From: Mesotaenium endlicherianum
Lineage: Eukaryota
Reading direction: 5' to 3'
NCBI GenBank assembly: GCA_009602735.1
Contig: WELA01002258.1
Location: 140,746-204,745 of the forward strand
DNA length: 64,000 bases
The notes below the pieces were generated by a model, which saw only the letters and a list, made by a program, of their open reading frames with translations, did no database searches and had not been told where the DNA came from. The translations under genes and the position numbers were made by a program. This document shows, piece by piece, positions 23,561-34,699 of this stretch. Within the stretch, counting starts at the first letter, position 1. Every line of letters starts with the position of its first letter.

Positions 23561-26500
23561 ATGGACGATGATTATACTTCTGATGATGGAAGGGGAGCCG
23601 GTGAGCATTTTCTGTAACTTCAGCCTTCCATAATAATGAGATGCCACTTGTATGTTCTAGCAATCTGAGTTCTATTTGGTCAGCCAAATTTGTCATATGT
23701 TATCCATGTTGGTACAATATTCTGCAGTATGGGAGCTATCGTGGAGGTGTAAAGGATATAGTACTGCCGCTTCCCTTAATCCATATTATAGTGTGCTGGA
23801 AAAGTTGACAACAACAGCAGTTGTGTTCACGAGTAGAGGAACTGATGATACCCATGCTTGGTGCTCGGAAATGTATTACGGGTGAAAAATGCCTTCTTTT
23901 ACTGGGTTTATCTTGTTGTTCTTTGCAAAATGATACTCCTGCGTTTTTAACGCTGTGCATTGGCATTCGTTTATTGCTCTCTTGTGACAGACACTCTGAA
24001 CGAGGGCTACGACACTGCACATGACACTTCTCACTATGACAATCCTGAACATTCAGGTCATGAAAATACTTATGAATCTTCAGGACACGACAACACTTAT
24101 GATGACCAGTCGTCCCCTTACGACCATCAGCAGTCCTCCTATGGCTCTCAGCAACCTCCACAGCAATCTGCTTATGAGCATGACCCTCAGCAAGCATACA
24201 ATGGGGCACAAGAGATCGCCACTCGCGAGGCACCAGATTTTTCGTCTCAGTCTCAGCAGGGGCATGATTCTGCAGCACCTGCAGGAAGTGAGAATATTGA
24301 AGCTTATCAAGAGCCTCAACAGGTGTCACATGCACAAGCAAATCAACCATCCTCTCACGACAACAACACACAGCCTGAGCAAGGAGGAGGAGGAGGAGGA
24401 GGAGGAGGAGGAGGAGGGTTTCAAATGCATATAAACCTGGACTCTGGGGGGGGTGACCAAGCCATGCAGCCTCCTGACAGGCAGAGGATGGTGCAGAGGT
24501 CCTTCCCCCCCCCAAGTGGTCAGGCTCCCCCAATGCCTAGCCCCACTTACCGAGGGGCTCCAGCTGGACAGTACCAGCAAGGGGCCCCAGCTCAAGCACA
24601 GCCGGCGTATCAGCCGCCCGCAGCACAGCCTGCGTATCAGCCACCGCAGCAGGCATACCAGCCGCAGCAGCCACAGCAGGCATATCAACCGCAGCTGCAG
24701 CAGCAGCAGCCACAGCAGGCATATCAACAGCAGCCGCCGCCACAGCAGGCTTATCAACAGCAGCCGCCACCGCAGCAGGCATATCAGCAGCCAGAGCAGG
24801 CATATCAGCCGCCGTCGCCGCAGCTGCAACCACAGCAGCAGGTATATCAACCGCAGCTGCAGCAGCCACCACAGCCGCCACAGCAGGCATATCAGCCGCA
24901 GCAGCCAGTGCAGCAGGCATACCAGCCGCAGCCACCGAAGCAGGCCCAGCAGGCATATCACCAGCAGCCCCTGCAACCGCCTCCAGCGCAGGTGTATCAG
25001 CCGCCGCCTACTTATGGTGCACCTGTGTATGCGACACCTCACCCTGTGCCGGGGGTCCCCGAGAGGCCGCCACCTGTGGCCCCACAACCCGGCCAGGTCA
25101 TTGTCAGCTATCAGATGGTCCACCCCAGCGTAAGTTGGCTTCCCCTCTGACGCATGCTAGACTCTATCCAATGAAGAGCACTTTCTTGCCCGGGTATCAG
25201 CGGGAGAGCCTTGGCACCATTGCAAGAAGCCATCAGGCGAGGCTGCCACTGGCAAATTCTAGTGGGACAATCCTTCTTTCAGCTCAAAAGTGCGCTTTCC
25301 AAGTCCTGTCCTTCTTTGGCAATGTGGCAGCCTGTGGCGGAGGATACGCGAGATGTAAAATGGAGGGGTAGGCATCAGCAGAGGGAGGTGGGGTGAGATG
25401 GGTGAGGTGGCGATGGAAATTTGCGTGGAAGTCTCCTGTCAACTCTTTCTCATCCTAGCTTCCCAGAGCCCCCTCCCCTCCCCCCTCGCATGCCTGTGCC
25501 TCCTGCCACTGTCCCGAGGCCGGGCAGCTTAAGGCATGCAACTCTGGCGAGATGCATGCATCTCCGCCTTTGCTCTTGCCACGAGTCGGCAGTGTTTGTG
25601 AGAAGGAAGCCTTGGGTTTTAGGAGCTGGTGCCTGCCACCTGGCGCACGGCCCCGAAGCCCTGAGTGTGCAAGCTGAAGGCTATGCATGGGGCTTCCTTC
25701 TACCCGGCGTTGCCAGCTGTTGGCAACAAGGGCTCGTAGAGGAGCGAGAGGCATGTGCGGCAAGAAGGCCATGCATGCGCCGCCGGAAGTGAACGTGCGC
25801 ACTCCTTTTTTCCTCCTTCCTGTATCTGTGCTGGGGGCGCAGACGGAGTGCTGCTCGTTCGACCTCAGCCCCGACGGGTGGTTCATGGTCACCATCCTGC
25901 TCATTGTGGGGCTGCTGTTTCTGGCGCCGTGCATCGCCTTCATCCCCTGCTGCATACCCACCTACCGTCAGGTGAGCCACACTCGCCCTCTCCGCTGCCG
26001 TCGGCACCTCCACAGCCAGCTCACGTCATTGCTGCCGCTGCCCAAGTTGGGTGCTCTCTGCGTTTGCGACATTTTGGCTTTCTGGGTGCTCATGGGGAAA
26101 TGAGGCACGTGTGCTTGCTGGGGCCGGTTTTAAGCGGGAATGTATATAATTTACTCGTATATGTATACATATACATGTGTATATATGTAACATATATATG
26201 TACATATTTATGTGTGTGTGTGTGTGTACATATGTATTTTGAAAAAAAAAAATCTTCATCATTACATTGGCAAAAGGGAGGCTGCTGACTAATTGAGCAG
26301 CCTGGAGAGGGGCCTTGCGCAGAGGTTGCAGTGATAGGAGCGATGTGTCTGCTGGCTTGTCTGGTTGTTGTGTGCTGCCAAGCGCTCAGTGCATGGCTGG
26401 CAGAGTGGGGGGAGTGAGAGGGAGGCAAGAAGCTCCGCGGACATGTGGCAAGCAGTGGGAGTTGCACATAACATAGGACTCAATGGGTGGCTTCTGCTGC

Positions 26501-26762
26501 ACGCGGTCCTGCCTAATAGGTCAACTGCTACGCGCAATATGTCTAAAATACTCCAGTGGTTGTCTCTGTTCAAGGCCCTGCCTTTCACCACAGATGGGTA
26601 TGCATCCTTTTGCAATTCTGGGTTTTGAGACAGCGCAAAGAGCTGACCATTTGTAGTTGACTTTTGCAGAAATATCAAGTACCCGTGTACGGGAACCCGG
26701 GCCAGGCACAACATGCTGCTCCGCCTGTGGGAGCACCTCCTGCAGCATATGCGTATGCGTGA
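23561..26762 (+). CDS. Host gene 2: 466-aa paralog of gene 1 with a long low-complexity N-terminal expansion
   Basis: Exons 23561-23600, 23991-25129, 25843-25971, 26670-26762 with the same intron phases (1,0,0) as gene 1: ...PQPGQVIVSYQMVHPS|TECCSFDLSPDGWFMVTILLIVGLLFLAPCIAFIPCCIPTYRQ|KYQVPVYGNP...YA*. Confidence 0.85.
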
Positions 26763-28608
26763 GCACCACAGTTTAGTTAGCTGTAGTATAAGAACGTAGC
26801 TTGCATAGCTAAGTAATATATTGAAAGGTTGCCTACCTTGACCTCCTACAATTCAAGAAGTGTAAGGAAGGGGAATTTGTGTGGAGAGTGAATATAGGAT
26901 GTGCTGAAGCCCAGAGCTGCTCTTGATCTGTGCATTTTTAGGTTCGGGTTTGTACTGTCTAAATTATAAGGACAACAAAAGGACCTAAAATGTACGGGTT
27001 TCTTTGACAAGCTTGGCATTGTAGAATATCAGGCCATGCGCGTGCAGCTTCTACAATCAACAATATGCAAATTACGCGTTTTCCATATGAAGTCCATCAC
27101 AACATAGAGGACTCTCTTATACTTCAAAGTGGCATTACTCTCGGCATAAGTCGTTGTCAAATAATTTCTTGTGCATTTCACTCATTCACTTCATGATACA
27201 CTAAGTGAAGCACACAAGAAACTCAAGATTAGTGGACCTGTGCACAAGAATCCAGATTGCATATGTGTGGGTACCAGGTCTTATTTGTGCATCCACATTG
27301 GCATGTTCACACCTCCGTCGGCAGATCAGCGTACACTTCACACTGCATTCTGTTTCTTTGAGCACGTCCAACAAGGAGGTCTCCGGAGTGTCCCCCTCAT
27401 AGTGTGCTTTACTGGCGCCTTATAATCTCGTGGCAAAGAGTGTAGGTGTAATAGTGTCTACCATCCCTGTCCATAGCTACGTGAATATTCTTCGCCTCAC
27501 ACACCTCTCGCACCCTGTCATAGAAGCAAATAGGATACCCCACGATGAAGTGTGTTATACCGTACTCCGGTTTTGCCACGTACTTGACTATGCAGACGTC
27601 TTTAACGAGAAGACCAGTTTTCTCATCACAAAGTGAGGTGTGGAAAATTGATGCATATTGGCACAGTCAATTAGGCGTTTTTTCTGAAAGTTCCCTGACA
27701 AGTCTCATCGACAGTTTTGCATATTTTGCATTCTGAGGTGTGGTAGGAGGAGCCCTTTTTATTGCAGGGCCTCTTTCGGCCATATTTTGAGGTGAATGTT
27801 GACTGGAATGAAGGTAACTGTAGGCAGAAGGAAGAATGTGGGAGTGGATGCCACCGGTGATTCAAATGGTAACTGAGAAGGGGCATTTTTAAAAAAGATG
27901 GAAGCCGGTGAACCCGTTTTGCATCCATTGTGTAAATCAAGTTATGCTCAATTGTCTCCTTGCATGTCGCGTTCAGGCCGAGGCCTTCGTATGAGCTTTG
28001 CCACTCGTGGAGCTCGAGGCACACCAGCCATGTGGGATCCTACACAGCACGATTAAATTGAATGCAAAACTCAATGACTGACAAGTACCTTGTTGTCATG
28101 ATTATCTCGAAAAGGTATTTAAGTTAAGTGTGAACCAAAGTCTGTTGGATTCTTCGTATCTCGTTGAACATCGTTAACGTGCCAAGGTGTCTTCATGGAT
28201 CGGCTGGTTTGTGTGTAACCCCTGAATGCCTCTTTGGTAGCCAATGCCGACGAGACGTTAGATTTCATGAGGTACAGCTCGCAGCTGTCGATAATACACC
28301 GTGGACTGCAACGTACTTCATCATCCTTCATTCGAAGCCTGCATTTCATTGCTTGCATTATGGCCAAAACTGTCTTAAGCTACACCAATGCCGACGCTCC
28401 TCGGAAGACGATTAACCTACGATTCTACAAGCTTACTTATGCCAATAAGCGCAGTCCTGTTCAAGATGTATTCATGCGCATTGAAGCATACTAAAGCTGT
28501 GCATACCTTACGTCGAATAATTTTTGAGAGCAAGAAGGTAAATCTTATTCATCTCTTGCAAGCTGTATTGATTATAGCGTGCATGTTAGTGTGCTGTTAG
28601 ATAAGAAA

Positions 28609-29010
28609 TGTAATGAATCAATGTATTTTTGGATATAATATTCATTTAAATATAATAGTCAATTTGGTTCAGTCAGCTAAACTCTAGTTCAATATTAAGT
28701 CTGCTAGATAGTAAGTTATACTTGTTAGACTCACTCAACCGATGGCAGCAGGCTGAAGTCAACTTAGGTCAGCTTGCTGACACATTCTTTGACAGTTAGC
28801 TGACTGCCGTAACCGGTAGCAGTGAACTGCCTAGATATGCATCTAAGTGTGATATGCTAGAGGAATGGCCAGAGGACACCCTTGGGTGGATGGCGATTCG
28901 GGATATCATGGAAGATGGCTGTGGATTTGGTTAGCCGAGGTCCTACCGACGTGGTTAACTCCCGGGTAGGCGGTGCCATCGCACTTGTTTGTTGAACCTC
29001 ATTCCATGTA
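28609..29010 (+). mobile_element. 5' part of a family A LTR (3'-truncated)
   Basis: Starts TGTAATGAATCA and follows LTR A to ctcattccatgta. Confidence 0.88.
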
Positions 29011-29175
29011 TCACTTGTATGGACCGATTGACCGATTTGTTTTTGATTTATAGTCAATTTATATCACCGACGCTCACGTATTCCGACGTATTCTAACGTA
29101 CAATTTTGACAAACCCGTATATACGTATCTGTACAGGCCGTATCCGTACATGCCGTATCCGTATTTTAAAACTAG
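29011..29175. mobile_element. Possible DNA-transposon (hAT-like) terminus with CCGTA[TC] subterminal repeats
   Basis: Clustered ccgtat/ccgtac ending in ttttaaaactag; unrelated to the flanking LTR and pol sequence; no partner end found. Confidence 0.35.
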
Positions 29176-29893
29176 GAATTAAAGTGAGAGAGACCAGTGA
29201 TGGGCAGACTTACTTGGCACCAACCAGTGTCTCTTCTCTTGTCCTGTATGGATGGCAATGAAGGAAAAAGAAAGGCTTCCAGGAGGATGCAAATTGCTGG
29301 ATGCAATGGAGTTCGTCCAAAGCTGGAACCAGAAGGAGGACAGAATGTTCTGCCTCCAGCTTAAGGAGGAACCTCCTCAACCTGAAGAAGTAAATGAGAA
29401 AAAGGTAAGCCACGTTGTCACTAAGGCAGGCATCAGTGTGGACCCCAAAAAAGTCCACACCATAAGGGACTGGCCAATACCTCAATCTGTCTAAGAAGTT
29501 AGATCATTTCTCGGATTGGCTAACTACTACACGAGATTCATTGAGAATTACTCCACTAAGGCCAGTAAATTGACGGACCTTACCAAAAAGGACATAGGAT
29601 ATGTGTGGGGGGAAGAGCAGCAAGCTGCCTTCTAGACCCTTAAAGATGCTCTGTGCTTTGCCCCAATTCTTGTTGTATTCTACCCCAGCAAAACCGTGCA
29701 AGTGGTAACTAATGCTTTTGACTTTGCCATGGATGCTATTTTGTTGCAGCCTGCTGAAAAAACCACAAAGGATGGTAAGGTAAAGCAGGACTGGCACCCT
29801 GTACTGTATGAGTCCATGAAGTTCAATCTAGCTCCGACAGATTATTCTGTGCATGATAAAGAGATGTTAGCTGACATACATGTTCTCAAAAAG
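29176..29893 (+). pseudogene. pol: Family A pol fragment with the RT core deleted
   Basis: The PR-RT linker (EKKVS) is joined directly to the RT end (HVVTKAGISVDPKKV) near 29409, followed by RH; contains stops. Confidence 0.85.
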
Positions 29894-30014
29894 TGATTCA
29901 TTACAATCCCTCCAACTTAAATTGTTGTCAACTCGACAATTCTTCTATTATTGTTTACAACAAAGTAACACACATACATCACAACCAACTGAATCTAAAA
30001 CAAAGACAACACCA

Positions 30015-31519
30015 AACTAAGTACCAGGGGCTCGGTCTTTTGGGGAGCGAGTCCTGGTACCGGATCTCCTTCTCCAGTCTGATGGTCTCTTGAAACCTGG
30101 GGGCTCAGATCAGGGTGAACCAAGGGGTGAACACAGCAACTGGACAGCCTACTCTTGCACTGTCTGCAAGTTGATGGAGACCGCTCTCTCTTGTGCAGCT
30201 CTCAAACTGACAGGGACATACACTGGCATACCGAAGGGGTGCTGCATGACATGGGCTAAGACTACATGCCCTCTATGAGAGGGGGATGCTCTGTCTGACT
30301 GAGTCTCACCTCCTGGGGTGAGACTCCTCCTGCTGAAACTCCCCAGCCACAAGAGATCTGGGTCTCTTGGTGGGCTGGTATCCCCAAGCTGCTGCAAGGC
30401 TGCCTGTGCAACAGCACTTCCAGTCTGCTGTAGAGTGGGGGATGTAGCGCGGGTCTATGCCTCAGCAGGAGTAGACTCCTCTTCAGCGCCTTCCTTCTCT
30501 TTGTCCTCCTGTTCCTCTGAGACTTCTAGAGTCTCTCTGGTCATCTCCTCCAGCCGTTCCCGAGAAAAAAAGTATCCCACTGACCTCCCCCTTTTGGGTG
30601 CAGGTGGGAGGATGCTGGGTCCAGACAGCATACAGGTCTTTCTCCCCTTGCTTACTTGCCCATTTGGCATAAGCATGCTTCCCCTTAGAGAAAGAACCTC
30701 TAGCCCTGATTCTATCCTCCTGTGTCTCCTGACTCATGCAGTCCCTGACTCCATCCAACCTTGGGTCCCATGCTGCAATATGAGGTGGCAGCACTATCTT
30801 CCCCTGCAAATCTGCCAGGAAATTATCTTCTGCAGCTCTGTCATTTTGCTGGTCCTTCATTGTGATGGTCATCCAGCGCCAGTCAGTGGGCTATAGAAAG
30901 AACGCAAGATTCGTCCTCTTTAAAGTGCAGGGATACCAATGACCTCAAAAACCCAACTGACTGGTCTTCCTTGCCAAGAACACCCAGCTTTTTCTCTCCA
31001 CCTCGTTATACATGGCCTTGAACCGGTTGTGGGAAGTGGTATCCTTGAAGCTGTCTGTATGCATAAGGATCAACCTGATGACCTTGTCTGTGCCCCAGAT
31101 CCCAGGTATTGGCACCATTTCAGATTCACCTATCTGGGCCAATGCTTTGGCCTCCCGGAGTGTATATCCCACCATCCTGGCATAGTCATGGTGTAGTAGA
31201 AGCCCTTGCCCATCACCGTGTAGCGGTAGCTTTTGATTCTCCTCTGTTCCTCCTCAGCCTGTTGCTTCCACCTCTCCTCAGCCAACCTTTGTTCCTCCGT
31301 CTTCTTGGCTTCCTCTGCAGCCTCTTTGTCCTGCTCCTCCTGTCTTAGCCTGGCCTGTTCTTCCTCCTCCTTCCTCTTTTGAGCCTCCCGGTGCAGTCGG
31401 AGTCGCTCTGATTCTCGAGAAGAGATGGAGGATGATTCGATGTCGTTATGGAACTCCTTGTACTCCGCCTGCGCCTCGTCCGCCCTTCTTTTCCTCTTGA
31501 GTTTAGACAATTTTGTCAT
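30015..31519 (-). pseudogene. ORF3 of A2 (fragmented)
   Basis: Pieces 31130-31528, 30945-31175, 30483-30872, 30455-30676 and 30149-30397 carry VGYT, DSFKD, YNEVERKS, LPPHIAAWDPRLDG, FSKGKHA and GHV..QHP..PVYV. Confidence 0.85.
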
Positions 31520-31949
31520 CCGGCTCATTCATACCACAATGAAGTTAGTGTAGTCACAATATCATGCACAGGATTGAGTACTTTGACAGGGAAGAACGTA
31601 GTAGAGGGAGTTAGAGCATGCAATACATGGTGTAAGTAAATTGAAAGTGCGAGCGTGCTTGAGAGGAAAGTGAGTGTGAGCGCAGTTGAGTGTGGAGGAT
31701 AAATATGCGAAGGAAATCGGCAATCGGCTAGTTTCTGAGATGTTTATCCCACTCCCTCCAACTTTATGCATAGGTGGGTTGCCTGTTTCAACTGTCACTG
31801 GGCTGCTTGTCACAACTGTCACTCCCTGTCAACTACTGTCACTTTCTGTCACTAACTGTCACTTTAGGCCACGTTTGGCCACATTTCCCCTCCAACTTCA
31901 ATGGAGACAGGACCTCCTGTCACCTTCCCTTATCAATCGAAATGACAGT

Positions 31950-33926
31950 TACGGGGGTGTCCCAGCCTCCCGAAGGTAAAATCGTTTCATCGCCTCTTTT
32001 GCATTGGTCAAATGGTCCTTAAATACCCAGGTGTCCCCAGAGGCATCGTAGCCCTTCTATCAGACCAGATATTTTGTTACATATTTAGATGATTGACGGA
32101 CAGAGCGAGCTTTTAAAATCTCTTCAACCCCATATTCCTCAGGTTCACCTTTTTGGACAGTGGGGACCGGTCCCGGTTGGACAGGTAATCGACCTGTGAA
32201 TAGTGTGTCACCTTTGATGTATGGTTCCAGGAAAGAGACATTAAAGACTTGGTGACCCTTGTATTCCGCTGACATGTTCAATTTGTAAGCATTCTGACCG
32301 ACACGGCGCACCACCAAACATTGACCGACCCACATTGGACCAAGCATTTTCTTGACCACACAAGGCAAGTACGGGTGTTGAGAATGCAGTTAGCCCAGAT
32401 CGCCCTTAGAAAATGTCAGCTCTCGACGGTGTCGATTAGCATACTTTTGTTGATTTTCTTGGGCTTTGTGCAGGTTCTGTTGGACTTCCGACAGGGTGTC
32501 ATCAAACTCCTGAGTTAACTGGAGAGACACCGGGTTGTCAATTCCCTCAAGATGAGTTAAAGACTCTCCTAGCACATCTAAAGGAGACTTGGGGACTCTA
32601 CCCACAATGAGTACTGAAGGAGTCTTTCCCGTTTACGCATGCACCGAACTGTTGACCGCAAACCGAATTTGAGGCAACAGGTCATCCCAATTATCTTGTT
32701 TTTGGTTAATATATGCTCTCAGCACCTCTTGCAAAACTCGGTTAGTTCTTCCAATCTGCCCATCAGTCTGAGGGTGATTTGTTGTGCTGAGCAGCTGTTT
32801 GACTTCCATTAATCCCATTAAAGCTCTACAGAACTTAGAGGAAAACTTTGAGTCTCTGTCTGAGATAATATTAGAGGGTAGTCCATGTTGGCAAACTACA
32901 TCGTTGTAGAACTGTCTCGCAGTTTTGAGTGCAGTCACCTTGACAGTGGTGGGGATGAAAATGACCATTTTTGTCAGTTTATCCACAACTACCGGGATAG
33001 AACCATGCCCATTGGCAATTCTTGGTAGTGTTACCACCCAGTCCATGGATATTGTCTTCCAGCGTCCAGTTGGGATAGGTAATGGTTGTAATAGCCCCCA
33101 GGGTGGTGTGTGCCTAGACTTATTTTTCTGACACTCATCACAGGACTTCACATATTTCAAGACCTCCCGAGGCACCCCTCCCAGTGATAATCTTTTGTCA
33201 ATTTGCCAACAATTTTGGCCTGCTCCAAATGCCCACCCAGTAAACTGTCATTTGCTTGACTCAATAAAAGTGACCTTATTTCCAAGTTATTAGGAATGAC
33301 CAGCTTCAGCCTGCTTGAAGTGGTTTCAGTTACCCAAACCCCACCCTTAAGTCTATACCCGAGTGCAGTAGCAGGACACACACCATCAGTGGGGTTGGGC
33401 TCAAATGTTGGGTCAGAAAGGTAGGCTTTCCTATGTTGTTCGAGGAAGGACTTTTTCACTTTTAGTGAAGTGAGTGCACAAAGGACTTTGTCTACAGCAT
33501 GCTGACTAAAGTTCCGTTTTTGCAAGTCAGGTCTTCTAGAAAGTGCATCACCTGGAATCAAGTTCCCTCGTTTGTAGTCAATCTGGACTTGGAACTGCTC
33601 CACCATATGGCTCCAGCAATTCTCCCTCCTCAACAACTTGGACTTTTTCTAAAAGTGAGTCAGAGTTAGATGATCTGTAATTACCTTAAAAGATTTACCA
33701 TGTAAGTATGCTCTCTACTGTTTGAGAACATGAATGATAGCAAGCAGCTCTTTCTCATGCACAGAATGATTAATTTCAGCTGGATTGAATTTCATAGACT
33801 CATACAGCACAGGGTGCCAATCCTGCTTTACCTTACCATCCTTTGTGGTTCTATCAGCAGGCTGCAACAAAATAGCATCCATGGCAAAGTCGAAAGCATC
33901 AGTAACCACCTGCACAAGTTTGCTGG
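31950..33926 (-). pseudogene. pol: A2 pol 3' part (RH, integrase, chromodomain)
   Basis: CDECQKNK, ISDRD, HPQTDGQ, EEYGVEEIL..KYLV. Confidence 0.9.
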
Positions 33927-34699
33927 TGAAAGGGGAAGAGTGCCCTAGTGGAAGCGTAGTGACTCACGAGGAAAAGGACTACTTGCAATCATATTAAAGA
34001 GTGCAGCGGCATATCACTAAGAAAGCTAAGGAAAATTACTCAGCATTTTGAGTAGCAAGAAATGTGCTTACAAATGGACTAGGATGAAAAACCTTGTCAT
34101 TACAAACCCGTAGAAATTTACAGAAGTGAAAATTGATAGGCAGAAAACTATAGATAGGCATGACTTCTTCAATTCTTAAGTGCTCCTCTCTAGGAGGAAG
34201 CTACGGTATTTCCTAAGTGTTCGTCAATTCGTCCCTTCCTGAATATTCGTGAAAATACCATATCAGTCTCATGTGACGTTTTGGGTCGAATTGACGTCCA
34301 TATGCATGCATTGACATTACTACAATATTCTATCTTAGGAGCGCTAGGCTAAATTGAAACTTCTAGGTACATCGACCTAGTCGGCACTCCTCGTCAGCCA
34401 AACTTACGTGAAGGTTCGAGTTCACTCTAACGGGCTTGATTGCTCGACGCTGTCGGTCAATCCGACGGTCGCGCTCACCACGAGTCATCAACCGACCTCA
34501 AAACTAATTAAATTTCGGAAATCCATAACTCTCTCACCACTTAACCAGATTTGATGAACTTTGTATCAAAATGACCACAAAAATAAACTATACACTACTA
34601 TGCAATCAGAATATACTTTTAAGGAACTCAAAAATGCACTTTATAAAGCTATGACCTTACATCATCCCCTTCCTCAAGATGCGACGTTCTTGACGCATT

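Noticed and set aside
23736..25123. Long antisense and alternate-frame ORFs over gene 2 exon 2
   Set aside because: Shadows of CAG/CCG-rich repeats that lack stops; only one frame joins the spliced, paralog-supported model.
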